DNA of 64,000 nucleotides from Octopus sinensis (taxonomy: Eukaryota), in the NCBI RefSeq assembly GCF_006345805.1, contig NC_043011.1, forward strand, positions 60,710,464 through 60,774,463, in the 5' to 3' direction. This document shows positions 49,949-63,146 of the stretch, in pieces. Position 1 is the first letter of the stretch. The number at the start of each line of letters is the position of its first letter. The position numbers and the translations under genes were made by a program. Under the pieces are notes generated by a model. It saw only the letters and a program-made list of their open reading frames with translations. It did not search any database and was not told the origin of the DNA.

Positions 49949-52409
49949 ATACATACATGCATATATGGATACAGGACGTCACCAATGGTGCAAATAACAT
50001 GAAATAAATAAACAAACGAAGGAAAAACGAGTAAAATGCGTAAACAACGAGAAAAAATGGAAAAACCGGACAAGTTAACACAGGAAAAGGACTCTACATC
50101 AGTTGTCGGCTGTCTATCTTCTCATTTCGAGCATTCAACACCGTACAGGCACACAGACACTCACACACACAACGACACACAACAGCATACACACCCACAT
50201 GTAGTAAAATGTGACACATGTGGACGACGAAGGAACTAACGGAAAACCTGAGAAAACATATGGATGTGGACATGCACATCCCTCAGTTATCCATCAAAAA
50301 CCATCACCATTTTGACGCCTTATCCATAATATTATTCAATTCGACGATGTCATCTGCAAAAAGGTGTTGCGGTGCAAATATGTGAACATGGAGAAAAACT
50401 ATATAATACGAATACATACATACATACATACACACACATATATATATATATATATATAATATATATATATATACTGTTCACGCTCAAAACAGTTCATTTT
50501 GGAAGGTATATATTGAGTGCGCGCGCATATACATGTGTACACCAACGCACACATTTTTAGTCAGATGTGTACAGCTTCTTTACAAAAGAAAAAGGGACAG
50601 TGTGTATTCGGGGTGTAATCAGATAAAACAATATTCCACGACGCTGTATAATTTCAGAACGTAACACGAAAAGTAAGCCGTATGAAAGAAAATGAGGATA
50701 CATACCCAGAGCCGCTCAAAGGGACCAAGCAAAGGATCATCATCTAGTTTGATCCCCTCTTTGGCCTACACGTAGGGACAAGTAAACTTCTTAACCTTAA
50801 TCACCAAAAACTTCCGAGCCAGCCATAGGCATCACACTCTATTCAAAAGGGACAACACAAATGCTATCAACAGCTGCTCAAAATAACAGAGTGCGCAATC
50901 CAAACTATAAACAGTAATAGAAGTTTACTTCTAAAAGTTGAAAACAGATGTAATTTCAGTAGGCCGAGGTCATGCCTTTAAATGGAAAGTGTCTAAAACT
51001 TGAAATGGTCTACAAGGCAACAGTATTGGCAGAAGTACAAACCGACAAAAACTGCGTCGAAGCAGCAAGTGGAATGTTCTCTTGCAGGAGTTGAAGACAA
51101 TCTCTCCTATTTGGCGAATGTGATGGAAACATATAACGTGTGTGAGTATTCGAATTGGCAATGCAGGAAACATATTCCAGCGCATGTACCATTGAGAGAC
51201 GAAATGCGACGTCTCTGGCAAAATATATTTGTAACTTAATGTAGAAAAGTATAGCGATAAGTTGCCTAATCACAGGCAGTGCCATTCCTTACATAATTGC
51301 TTTCAAGATGTGTTCCATATTCACCTCAGAAAAAATATTACATAATTGCACAAAAAAATATGTTTGCCGATCAGAAGAACTGAGATGATGTCATGATGCA
51401 GACACCAAAACAAATTTGTATTTAAACGTTGGGCCAAACTGTCAACAGCAGTATTAGCAGTGGTGAAAAGGGCAACAAACCATCCAAATTAGTCGCCGGA
51501 AAAAGAAAGATATTCCATAAAAAGAAAAAAAATTACATACAGAATATCCCAGAATAGTAATAATCAATCCCCCAAACTTTAAGTATTAACAAACAGTTGT
51601 TTAAAAGCTTGCACTTACACACGCACACACGCACAAACAAAAACACACATATACATAAATGCATACTTCTGTAAATATAAATGCATAAACAGACATACTG
51701 ACTCGCATGCACAAGCGTATGGAGTGGAGATGTTCTTATACATTTGTGTATGCATAAATGTGTACACGCACAAATATCTCTACAAATTTACAGATCAATA
51801 TTTAAACAAAATAAGATAGGAAACTATCGAACCATAGCTACCAAGCACCGAACCGAAGCGAGTTAGAAAATAAGGTATCAGAAATAGAAGAAATACTGAG
51901 TTATGACTATTAAAGGGGAAATCTAAAAAAAAAAGCATATTAATAAATAACTATGGATACAACCAATGAAAACAATACAAAAAACGAATTAACAAAATGA
52001 AATGACAGCAACCAAAGACAACGCTCTGAAAATAATAACAAAACAACATCGAAAAGCAATGAATGGAAACGGTACTCATAGACAACGCTTCAAAAAGAAA
52101 ACAACATCGCAAAACGAAACAAAAATTAGAGACCAAACGGGGAAACGTTAACCGTAGAACCAACATTCAAAGGAGAAACAGGGAAGATTGCACTCAAAAT
52201 TATTTATAGAAAGTCAAAGTAATGCATATCAATGTTGCAACTCAACCTTTCATCTTTTTTATACAGGCTGTTGCAGGAGATGAAGACAATTTCTCCTATT
52301 TGGCCAGTGAGATGGAAACATAGAAAGTGTGTGTGATTATTCGAATTGGCAATGCAGGAAACTTGTTCCAGCGCATGTACCAAATCTCGGGGACATCTTA
52401 TAATTCTTT

Positions 52410-52608
52410 ACTACTTTAGACACAAGGCCCGAAATTTTGGGGGAGGGGGCAGTAAATTAGATCGACCCCAGTATGCAACTGGTACTTAATTTATCGACAC
52501 CGAAAAGATGAAAGGCCTCGGAGGAATTTGAATTCAGAACGTAGCGGCAGACGAAATACCGCTAAGCATTTCACCCGAGGTGCTAAGATTCTACCAGCTG
52601 GCCGCCTT
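52410..52608 (-). mobile_element. SINE family B
   Basis: Matches the family consensus. Confidence 0.8.
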
Positions 52609-53501
52609 AATGTCCGATCGTATAATGCAATTATTTTGCCAACAGTTCCGAAAGGCAATGAAGCAAAGGAAACGACAATAAATCTCACCTAAAAGTTATA
52701 CACATCCCATTTATGATGATTTTGGAAGACTCACAAAGACGCACTGTGAGAAAGAATGGAAAACGAAGAAATTCTTTTGCGAAACAAAACCCAGTCGCAG
52801 CAAAACAACATGGCGCAGAGTTAGTTTCGCCCAGCCTCTGGGCATGCAAAAATGCAATGACGTGGATACGGGACTTAAGAAAACGGGTTAACAAACCAGC
52901 CCCACCAAAATGGCCGATCCAGATTTCGAACATCAATGAACAAATAAAATAATTTGCCATCCGTGTTGGCAATTTATTTTATTTGTTCATTGCTGTTCGA
53001 AACCTTTTTTTACCTTTGGTAACTATTGAGAATGTTTTTATTTTTCATCCTCCTCGAAATTACTCTTAACCGTGGTTTGCGCTTTGATTGCTCCTTTTTT
53101 CATGTAAGGTGTCCTGTTAGGCTCACCTCTTTTGCGTATAAATGCACACTAATTTTATATATATATGTATATATATTTCTATATCTATCTATCTGTATAT
53201 ATATATATATATCTGTATATATATATATATGCGGAAAAAATCTATCAGAAAGTAACTCTATCTCTCTTAAAAAAACATCTTTTGATAAGCATAACAAATG
53301 CGCAACCGGTAAAAAGAACTTTCACCTAATTAAATTACTTAAATTACTTTAATTATTTTGTCAGCATTTTCTTCATTTCCTTTTTTATATATCACAACTC
53401 GTGTTCCACATCTCCTTTTTTAAATATATATATATATACGTATATATTTCTATATATATGTATACACGTATGTATGTGTGTGTGTATTGATTAACAGATA
53501 A

Positions 53502-54385
53502 CACTGGTCAACAAATCTTTTGTTGCAATGATATCAACACTTGGTATTACCTAATTTAAGTGCATAGATTTCAGATCTGAAGCTGGTTATTTCGTAAATG
53601 GTCTAATTATTTTTTTGCGATCAAAGTATTTCAAAATCTCAAAATTTTGTCTTCATCACATTGACGTCACAGTGTGTCAGGAGAAATATGTGATTAAATT
53701 AGCTGAGTAATAAAAAAGAAAATGCAAGATAGTTGAAATTTATTGAAGAACACAATTTAAAACACTTTCCCTAATGAGCAAAGGTTATAGTTTTTATAAA
53801 ACTGATTGATAAATAAGACATTGGTTGCTGAGGAGGCAAAGTTCAATCGCAGTCTATTCAGGCAGGAATTTGCACTTGAAGCCCTTGCGTTTTTGGATTG
53901 TCTCAGGGCAACCTCGCTTAATGCTCCAGCAGTAGTCTGCCATCATATGTTTGTCCCATCTCCCCTGGTACCACTGTTCCACGGTCTTGAGGGTCTGATG
54001 GAACTGCACGCCTTGTTCGTCATTTACTATTCCTAGATTCTCAGGGAATCTGTCATTGTGCAGGAAATGAACCCTGACACTCTGACTTACATCCAAGATT
54101 ACGAAAAGCTGACAACATATCAGCTACGAAAGAGTCATCGTCGTCAGCCTTTTTATTACCGAGAAAGTTTGCTATTGACACCACGAATGAAAGCCATGCA
54201 GTCCTTTCCTTGTCTTTCATCTTTCTGGCAAATTCCTTATCACGTACAATTGTACGAATCTGCGGTCCATCAAACACACTTGCCTTGATCTTCTCCAAGG
54301 ACAAAGCAGGGAGAGCAGAGACTATGCGTTGGAGGCATTTTTTAATAACCATTTTAATATCTCTGTAGACAACAAAAACGGCCAA
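53502..54385 (-). pseudogene. DNA transposon remnant, Chapaev3-like (CMC) transposase C-terminal half with terminal repeat
   Basis: EKIKASVFDGPQIR...AWLSFVVSIANFLGNKKAD...LGC, then (frameshift) VHFLH..FPENLGIVNDEQGVQFHQ..QGRWDKHMMADYCWSIKR. CACTGGTCAACAAA end at 53502. The family name is from memory of these motifs. Confidence 0.75.
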
Positions 54386-54559
54386 GTAATTAATTTGACT
54401 GCAAACGGCTAGAATAGAAAGCTAAAATTTGCATGAAAACTGGAGCATATAGAACAGATCCGTTTTCAGATTTGAATTTAACAGATTAAAAATAGTAAGA
54501 ATCAGTAAAAAAAATAATCTTATGCAACTGAGATTCCGAAAAAAATTGTTGCCTTGTGT

Positions 54560-54674
54560 AATCTTTGCTCTCATTACTGAGAACATAATTCCATCTATTT
54601 GGCAAAATGTTGATCCCCCAGGCGTAAAACTCTTCAGCTTTCGAAGTAAGGACACACTCAAAATTTCTTCGCAA
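54560..54674 (-). pseudogene. Mariner transposase C-terminal fragment
   Basis: FECVLTSKAEEFYAWGINILPNRWNYVLSN matches the mariner motif 'FF.SK..EFY..GI..LP.RW..V'. Confidence 0.75.
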
Positions 54675-54948
54675 TTAGTAAAGCTGTTTTCCATCGAAAT
54701 AATGTTGAAATGATCTGAAAAGATAATAAATCAGATGGAGTAATGTCAGGAGAGTAGAGAGGATGAGGCAAAACTTCTGCATTTAGCACCATTATTTACT
54801 GACTAAGACAATGTATGGCTTTGGATTATTGTGTAAAAGCTACATTTGCATGGCTGCGAATATGTCATAAAGAGATTTTATTTCGGACGAAAACCGCAGA
54901 ATCCTGCCTATCAAGGGTGTATATACGTTAGGTGGAATATACAGATGG

Positions 54949-54991
<43 letters not shown>

Positions 54992-55287
54992 ATATATATA
55001 TAAGACCAAAGTGTACGTACACCGCTATATTTAATATATAAAAAAATACAAAAATGCGACAAGAACGCAAAACATCCAGACAGACGATACAAAGAAAAGA
55101 AGGACGGGTCATTCGGAGTTTTTTATTCTCAGTCGAGTTCCAGATTATCTTTGCAATTTCGGCTGGTTATACTAGAGATTGCTCCAATCTGGCCAGCCGC
55201 AAGGAAAAACTAAGCTAAGAGCATTTGATTCCTTGGAAGAAAGCAGCGAATGTATACGAAAACAAGGACGGAAGAAAATCAGAAATG

Positions 55288-55318
<31 letters not shown>

Positions 55319-56199
55319 CATACTCATATATGCATACATACATACCTACATACATATATACCCATATATACATTCATTCATACACACATACATACATACA
55401 CACATGTAAATGCATACATACATACACACCTACGGGCATACTCATTACTGTAAGAAAATGAATTCTCACCCAGACCGCCATTTTCTATTCTTTGATGTAG
55501 ATTCCGCGCAAAACATCCGCTCACAGATTTCCCAAATTCATTATCGCCGAAGCGCTACAATTATTGTAGTATATAATTCACGTGCTACAAAGTAGATATC
55601 TACATTATTTCTTATATAAAACTACAGCATTATACATTTACCTGTAGAAATCTCTATAATTATCGTATCTGTGAATGAATGGTACTTAACAGTACGCAAC
55701 ACTTCATTAGCCTACATTTCGTAGATATAAACACAGTTGTAAAACAAATGCAATCTCTATTGTCAGATCACTTCCATGCAATTTCACCAAAGTTACTAAT
55801 ATTATGGATTCACTATTTCTTTCAGTTACAGTGATCGGAAAAATTACAAAATCTATATGAAAATGAGATCGAAGTTGTAGTTGACATTAGTGCCGTAGTG
55901 ATTTGCATGCGTCTGTAGCAATGCAAGTTTAAGCCAAATAAAATGTTTCCTTCTCGAGCCATGACGGGATCACGAGGGCCGGTTTCCCGGCTTCAATGGC
56001 GTATATAAATTGTCCAAGCGGACGAGACATCGGTCCGTTGCAGGATTACTCATTTTTTCCAGTTGAATGGACTGGAGCAAGATACATTTCTCATAAGGAA
56101 TTCCGGAAGGAGCATCGTGGGACCACTGCCGAGACGCTTCCACAAAATAAAAAAGAAAAGCCGTTAGAAAACCGATTATAGCAGCGACTCCATCTAAGA

Positions 56200-56236
56200 A
56201 TATCTGAAGAAGGAATTTTATTCCGAAATATCATAT
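56200..56236 (+). ncRNA. Minimal type-I hammerhead, canonical core
   Basis: AUAU CUGAAGA A GGAAU-UUU-AUUCC GAA AUAU C AUAU. Stem II is perfect, stem III AUAU is palindromic, and the triplet is AUC with cleavage after 56232. Confidence 0.75.
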
Positions 56237-56269
56237 CAGACTATGGATAACTAAATTACAACAGGTTCA

Positions 56270-56770
56270 AATATTCAAATTCCGCCGAGGTCGACTTTGC
56301 CTTTCATCCTTTCGGGGTCGATTAAATAAGTACCAGTTACGCACTGGGGTCGATGTGATCGACTTAATCCGTCTGTTTGTCCTTGTTTGTCTCTTCTGTG
56401 TTTAGCCCCTTGTGGGTAGTAAAGAAATAGGTATTTCGTCTGCTGCTACGTTCTGAGTTCAAATTCCGCCGAGGTCGACTTTGCCTTTCATCCTTTCGGG
56501 GTCGATTAAATAAGTACCAGTTACGCACTGGGGTCGATGTAATCGACTTAATCCGTCTGTTTGTCCTTGTTTGTCTCTTCTGTGTTTAGCCCCTTGTGGG
56601 TAGTAAAGAAATAGGTATTTCGTCTGCTGCTACGTTCTGAGTTCAAATTCCGCCGAGGTCGACATTGCCTTTCATCCTTTCGGGGTCGATAAATTAAGTA
56701 TCAGTGAAACACTGGGGTCGATGTAATCAACTGGTCCGCTGCCCCAAAATTTCGGGCCTTGTGCCGAGAG
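56270..56770 (+). mobile_element. Family B SINE concatemer, 184-bp period (2 near-identical units plus a variant third)
   Basis: 'tccgccgagg' occurs at 56281, 56465 and 56649. Confidence 0.9.
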
Positions 56771-58990
56771 TTGAAAATATTCTTATGGTTTTGCTGGTGA
56801 TTTGAAATTTTGAGCCCAAGGCAACCCTATCCTTCACGGTAGCTCCACTCATGCTACACCACTGCTCTCTGTCTCAGTGGAATACTTGATGTTGGCGTCC
56901 GCATAGCACTTTTGGAATACCGTCATGGAGGTGTGGTTGTTTTTGTGAGAGAATTCTTGCCAGTAAAAATGGAAAAGGAACAAATAGAACAACTTCTATT
57001 TGTTCCTCATTCCAACTGCATCGTAGATGCTGGGGCACCGCTTCGAAGGGGTTTACTTCTTCAGATCGACTCTAGTGCTGAGTTTCTTTCGAAGCTTGGC
57101 ATTCATACAGTCGGTTTCTTGTTCAATGGCACTAAATTACGGGGACATAAACAAACCAATACAGGTGGACGAGCGAGCGGCGGGAGACAAAAACAAGAAC
57201 ACATGCACTTATATGTGTGTGTTTGTGTGTGTATGTGTTTGCACCGGACCTGTATGTATGTTTATATACATACATATATAATATACATATGAATATATTT
57301 ATATATACATATATAATTATACATATATAATAATAATCGAAACTGATTCAGTACATGGGTAATTATTTTATTTCGTATATTTTCATTTGTCTTGTTTAAT
57401 GCTTTGGTTTTGTGCTGAGTTTTATTTGAGAACATACTCTTTGTGGAGAATGGTGATTTGACGTCTATATCTAGCATGTTGACTGTCCACTTTTCGTGTT
57501 CAGTCCTTAATTGGTATGTAAAAATATTTTAATCTTCGGATTCTTTTTAATATGTTAGACCACTGGTTTTAATTGACTAATATCAATTTCTACCCTTAAT
57601 TAATTTTATATAATTATACATATGTATATATACACATAAAATTATACATAGGTATATATACACATATAATTATACATACGTATATATACACATATAATTA
57701 TACATACATATATATATATATGTATATGTATGTATATATATATATGTATATGTCTGTATATATATATATATGTATATGTATATGTATGTATATATATATA
57801 TATGTATGTATATATATATGTATATGTATGTATAATATATATATATGCATATGTATGTATATATATATATATATATGTATGTATATATATATATATTATA
57901 TATGTATGTATATATATAATATATATATATATGTATGTATATATATATTATATATATATATATGCATGTATGTATATATATATGTGTGTGTATGTATATA
58001 TACATGTGTATGTATCTATGTATATATATATGTGTATGCATGTAGGTATAAATATATATATGTGGAGAAAAACAACTACTTTTAAATCTCCCTTACTATA
58101 TATATATATATAATATATATATATATATATAATAAATATTAGGGAATGAATCCAAAATTACAGGGAAAAATCAGATTTAGGGTTAAATCCAATTTTATAG
58201 TAAAATATTATATAATATAATTCGAGACAAGTGGTTTTGTCTCGAATTATATTATATATATATATATATATAAATACATACATACATAAGACAGATTCTG
58301 TTCGTTTGTGTGTTTGTTCGTTTGGTTGTCCTCCAAAATGAAAGTAAATGGTTCGAGGGAAGCTATTATGCTTTTTCTATATCACTTATTATGCATTGCC
58401 TAATTTGTCTCAACAAAAATTATGCAATGGTACCACACTAATTGTGCACAACCTATGAGGAACTGCACTGAGGCAAATATTCTCAATGTTAGTGGTAAAT
58501 GTGACACCGTCTTCGTTCCTCGCATACCAATCATACCAGCTTCTGGAGAGATTACATTTTTTCTTTGGTGGCATATTATTTTCAATATTATAAACCAAAA
58601 ATTCTGAACATAGAAGAAATTATCCAGTAATCTCTATTATTGTAAGCAGTTGCATGTATGTGTTATATAATCGGTGTTACAGCATTAATAGATAAAATAA
58701 CACATACAACTCACTTATTATTGTCCTATAATAAACAAACAGTAGCTCATGTATAAAATTGTTTTTTTTTTCTACTTTTGTTATTACATATTTTTCTTTT
58801 ATAAAAATACACACATACTGGAGGAGTAAATTTATATATAACAATACTTTGAATGTGGCTCCTGAGAAACAGGAAAAGTAAATACTCGATCAACGACGGG
58901 TATTACTGCTAGTGTGTGTGTACACATAGATATATATACATACACACACACACACACACATACACACACACCGGCACACACACACACCGG

Positions 58991-59023
<33 letters not shown>

Positions 59024-60120
59024 GAAGGGTTTTCACACAGTTTCCGTCTACAAAATTCATTCACAAGACACTGGTCAGCTCGGATCTATTGTAGTGGAGA
59101 CACTTTTCTAAGTTGCCCGGCTGTGAGACTGAACCCGTAACCGCATCGTTACAAACTGAAGGTCTTAAACACACAGCTATAAACGCAGCAACAACAACAA
59201 CAACTATATTCAAACAAAAATTTTTTTGAAGATGCCGAACAAAAACAAATAATTATACAGCATCAAGAGGAATGCTGTCTTTGAAGAAACTTCTGAGACA
59301 TTGGAGAAATAGATTAAAGGAATTTCAAGCAGAATGAATAGTCTAAGTGAACTGATAGAGGTCAAGCTCACAAGTCGGCCACGGCTGAGAAAGAATGGTG
59401 CAGTATGGGTAGTTGGAAGTGGTCAAAGTGAGAATTATGTAGTTGATAGAATCATTTGGATCTTTGTGCAAAAATTCAAGAACAGCAGTTCTCAACCGGG
59501 GTCGATATGGTTCTTTTGGTCCATATAAGAGTTTGTTGTTCATTTATCTGCTATAGATTGATTATATTTTGCTGTGTATGGGCGAGTCATACTGCCTTAG
59601 TATCTTATTTCTTTATTGCCCACAAAGGGGCTAAACATAGAAGGGGAAACAAGGACAGACAAAGGACTTAAGACGATTACATAAATCCCAGTGCATAACT
59701 GGTACTTAATTTATGGACACCGAAAGGATGTCAGTGGATGTTGACTCTCAACATCGAGTTTATTAGATGTTAAGGCACCAAAGCAGTACGACTCTCTCTA
59801 CTTTTACGGATACGCAAAATATTTTAATACTTATTTGTATACAATTCCCATTAATATACATTTATAGAAATAAAATAGAATTTTTCAAGCACCGAACGAC
59901 TAGGGGAATCCATCCGAGTAAAACAGGAATCAAAGGGTCCATAGGTTAAGAAGCGGTGTGCAAGAAGGACGAAATTTTGGATATGACGTGATGGTCATGG
60001 TTGATGTACAAAGTTTATGAGACAGTATGGTTTAGCGTTTCAACAGAGAACGATCATTGCACAAACACTGCTTGCTGGTGTAGAATCTTATCAGATGCTA
60101 ATGTTACACCAATTTGTAAT

Positions 60121-60220
60121 NNNNNNNNNNNNNNNNNNNNNNNNNNNNNNNNNNNNNNNNNNNNNNNNNNNNNNNNNNNNNNNNNNNNNNNNNNNNNNNN
60201 NNNNNNNNNNNNNNNNNNNN
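60121..60220. other. Assembly gap (100 N) flanked by a duplicated segment of about 488 bp
   Basis: 59633-60120 is repeated at 60221-60707 with one 1-nt indel. Confidence 0.95.
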
Positions 60221-60945
60221 AAACATAGAAGGGGAAACAAGGACAGACAAAGGACTTAAGACGATTACATAAATCCCAGTGCATAACTGGTACTTAATTT
60301 ATGGACACCGAAAGGATGTCAGTGGATGTTGACTCTCAACATCGAGTTTATTAGATGTTAAGGCACCAAAGCAGTACGACTCTCTCTACTTTTACGGATA
60401 CGCAAAATATTTTAATACTTATTGTATACAATTCCCATTAATATACATTTATAGAAATAAAATAGAATTTTTCAAGCACCGAACGACTAGGGGAATCCAT
60501 CCGAGTAAAACAGGAATCAAAGGGTCCATAGGTTAAGAAGCGGTGTGCAAGAAGGACGAAATTTTGGATATGACGTGATGGTCATGGTTGATGTACAAAG
60601 TTTATGAGACAGTATGGTTTAGCGTTTCAACAGAGAACGATCATTGCACAAACACTGCTTGCTGGTGTAGAATCTTATCAGATGCTAATGTTACACCAAT
60701 TTGTAATAAGAAATCAGCAGAAGACATTCTACTGGTTATCATGAACTGGAAACCTGACTAAAACACCTCTGAAACTTGATACGGCAGAGAGACGAATGGC
60801 GAACGAAGTGGAAGACAAAACACTGTTCTTAACACTGTTCTTAAAAACATATTGCACAATAAATAAATAAATAAAAACAGAAGAAAAAAGAACCGAAAAA
60901 TATTTTTTCTGAAAAGTATTTATATTTTACTCAATCAGAAAACTA

Positions 60946-61061
<116 letters not shown>

Positions 61062-61208
61062 AGAAAATTTCGGTTCAAATGGCTTCTGTATGCGATCGTC
61101 TAATGTGACAAAGAAATAACAACGAATTTTTTCCAAATTAGACGATAGCACCGGGTCGACCAATTCTTTGTTAATGTATTAATAGGCGGAAACTGCGTGG
61201 AAGCTTGT

Positions 61209-61259
<51 letters not shown>

Positions 61260-61612
61260 TCTTTTATTCTTTCTTTTATTTGTTTCAGTCATTTGACTGC
61301 GGCCATGCTGGAGCACCGCCTTTAGTCAAGCAAATCGACCTCAGGACTTATTCTTTGTAAGCCTAGTACTTATTCTATCAGTCTCTTTTGCCGAACCGCT
61401 AAGTTACGGGGACGCAAACAGGCCACCATCGGTTGTCAAGCGATGGTGGGGGACAAACATAGCATAAATTGGATAATGTAAGTCTTTATTTTGTCTTAAA
61501 ACAAAATGGCGAGATAAAGACTAGAAACTGTTTTTGACTCGTGAATCTTTCTGGTCAGGATTGACCGAGGGTTAAATGACAACCATGACGACTAGAATTA
61601 ACAAAATACTCG

Positions 61613-61780
61613 TTCCGATCCGTCGCTTACTTGCTGCGTTCGCGATGCTTTATCAACGAAGAGGCGATGGAAATTTTAGTGAAGAATTTCTTCGCCTTTG
61701 AATGTCAAGAACTTGTTTGGCGTGGGATCAAAGAACTGGCCGATAGGTGGCTTCCGACTGTGCAAGACAATGGCTTCTAG
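61613..61780 (+). pseudogene. Mariner transposase C-terminal fragment
   Basis: FRSVAYLLRSRCFINEEAMEILVKNFFAFECQELVWRGIKELADRWLPTVQDNGF* matches the mariner motif 'FRS...L.G..F..E....FF.S....Y.RGI..L..RW..V..NG'. Confidence 0.8.
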
Positions 61781-62387
61781 ACTTTGAATGCGTGGCCGCT
61801 TTTGTTGTAACTCGACGAATAAAGCAAATAAGTTACTAAAAGTTTGCAAAAATTTTGACTCAATTGGTAAGTAAAATGAATTAAAATAAAGATTATTCTC
61901 GTCAACTAACAACTGGCAAATTCGAAATTGTGAGGAAAAAAGGAAACAAAAGATGAGATTGCTGATGTGGTTTGAAATTTTGTATGTGAACAAGATGGAG
62001 GTAAGCAGTTGCGTTGGATGTACAAATATCGCTCTTTCTCATCTATTCACGATGCATTCATAACAAAGACAATGCAACACTGCAACAAGGGCATAAATAA
62101 TTAATCAAACAAAGCTATAGAATCAGTTGTTAACGACTAAATATGGGGGAGGGGGTCCTCACATAAAACAACAGCAACTTCAGATCGCTCACATAAATTA
62201 CAATTTGTGCAAATATGCATACAAACACATGGCTTAGTGTTCATGAGGATGCATTCGCGATCGCAAGATCGTGGTTTCGAGTTCCGGACTGGTTGAGGTT
62301 TTGAGCTAAGCACTTCATGTACATTATTTTCATTATTTACATTATTTACATTTGATGGATTTTTGTCTTCGTCTTGTTTGTTGTTCA

Positions 62388-62546
62388 CACAACGTTTCGG
62401 CTGATATTATTACTCAGGTCACTGTCTGGAATCGAACTCGGAATCTTGGGGTTAGTAGCTCGCGCTCTTAACCACTACGCCACATGACCGTGGTTAAGAG
62501 CGCGGGCTACAAACCCCAAGATCCTGAGTTCCATTCCAGGCAGTGA

Positions 62547-62560
<14 letters not shown>
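62388..62560. mobile_element. Head-to-head pair of short tRNA-like SINE heads; the left one runs into the 3' half of a hammerhead
   Basis: 62408-62481 (-) and 62490-62560 (+) read 'gtggttaagagcgcgggctac..ccccaagat.c.gagttc.attcc.ggcagtgacctg'. The minus strand continues CAGCC GAAA CG UU GUGU. Confidence 0.7.
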
Positions 62561-62588
<28 letters not shown>

Positions 62589-62598
62589 TGATAATGAT

Positions 62599-62647
<49 letters not shown>

Positions 62648-62691
62648 TAATAATAGTAATAATAATAATAATGATGATGATGGTAATGATT

Positions 62692-62723
<32 letters not shown>

Positions 62724-62740
62724 TAATAATAATAATAATA

Positions 62741-63146
62741 GGCGCAGGAGTGGCTGTGTGGTAAGTAGCTTGCTAACCAACCACATGGTTCCGGGTTCAG
62801 TCCCACTGCGTGGCACCTTGGGCAAGTGTCTTCTGCTATAGCTCCGGACCGACCAATGGCTTGTGAGTGGATTTGGTAGGCGGAAACTGAAAGAAGCCCG
62901 TCGTATATATGTATATATATATGTGTGTGCGTGTATGTTTGTGTGTCTGTGTTTGTCCCCCTAGCATTGCTTGACAACCGATGCTGGTGTGTTTACTTCC
63001 CCGTCACTTAGCGGTTCGGCAAAAAAAAGACCGATAGAATAAGTACTGGGCTTACAAAAGAATAAGTCCCGGGATCGAGTTGCTCGATTAAAGGCGGTGC
63101 TCCAGCATGGCCGCAGTCAAATGACTGAAAAGAGTAAAAGAGTAAA
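62741..63146 (+). mobile_element. SINE family A, full length, after an (AAT)n tract
   Basis: Matches other copies. Confidence 0.88.

Noticed and set aside
52685-52972. 79-95 aa ORFs in non-repeat DNA
   Set aside because: No recognisable domain or splice context; possibly a decayed LINE but unassignable.
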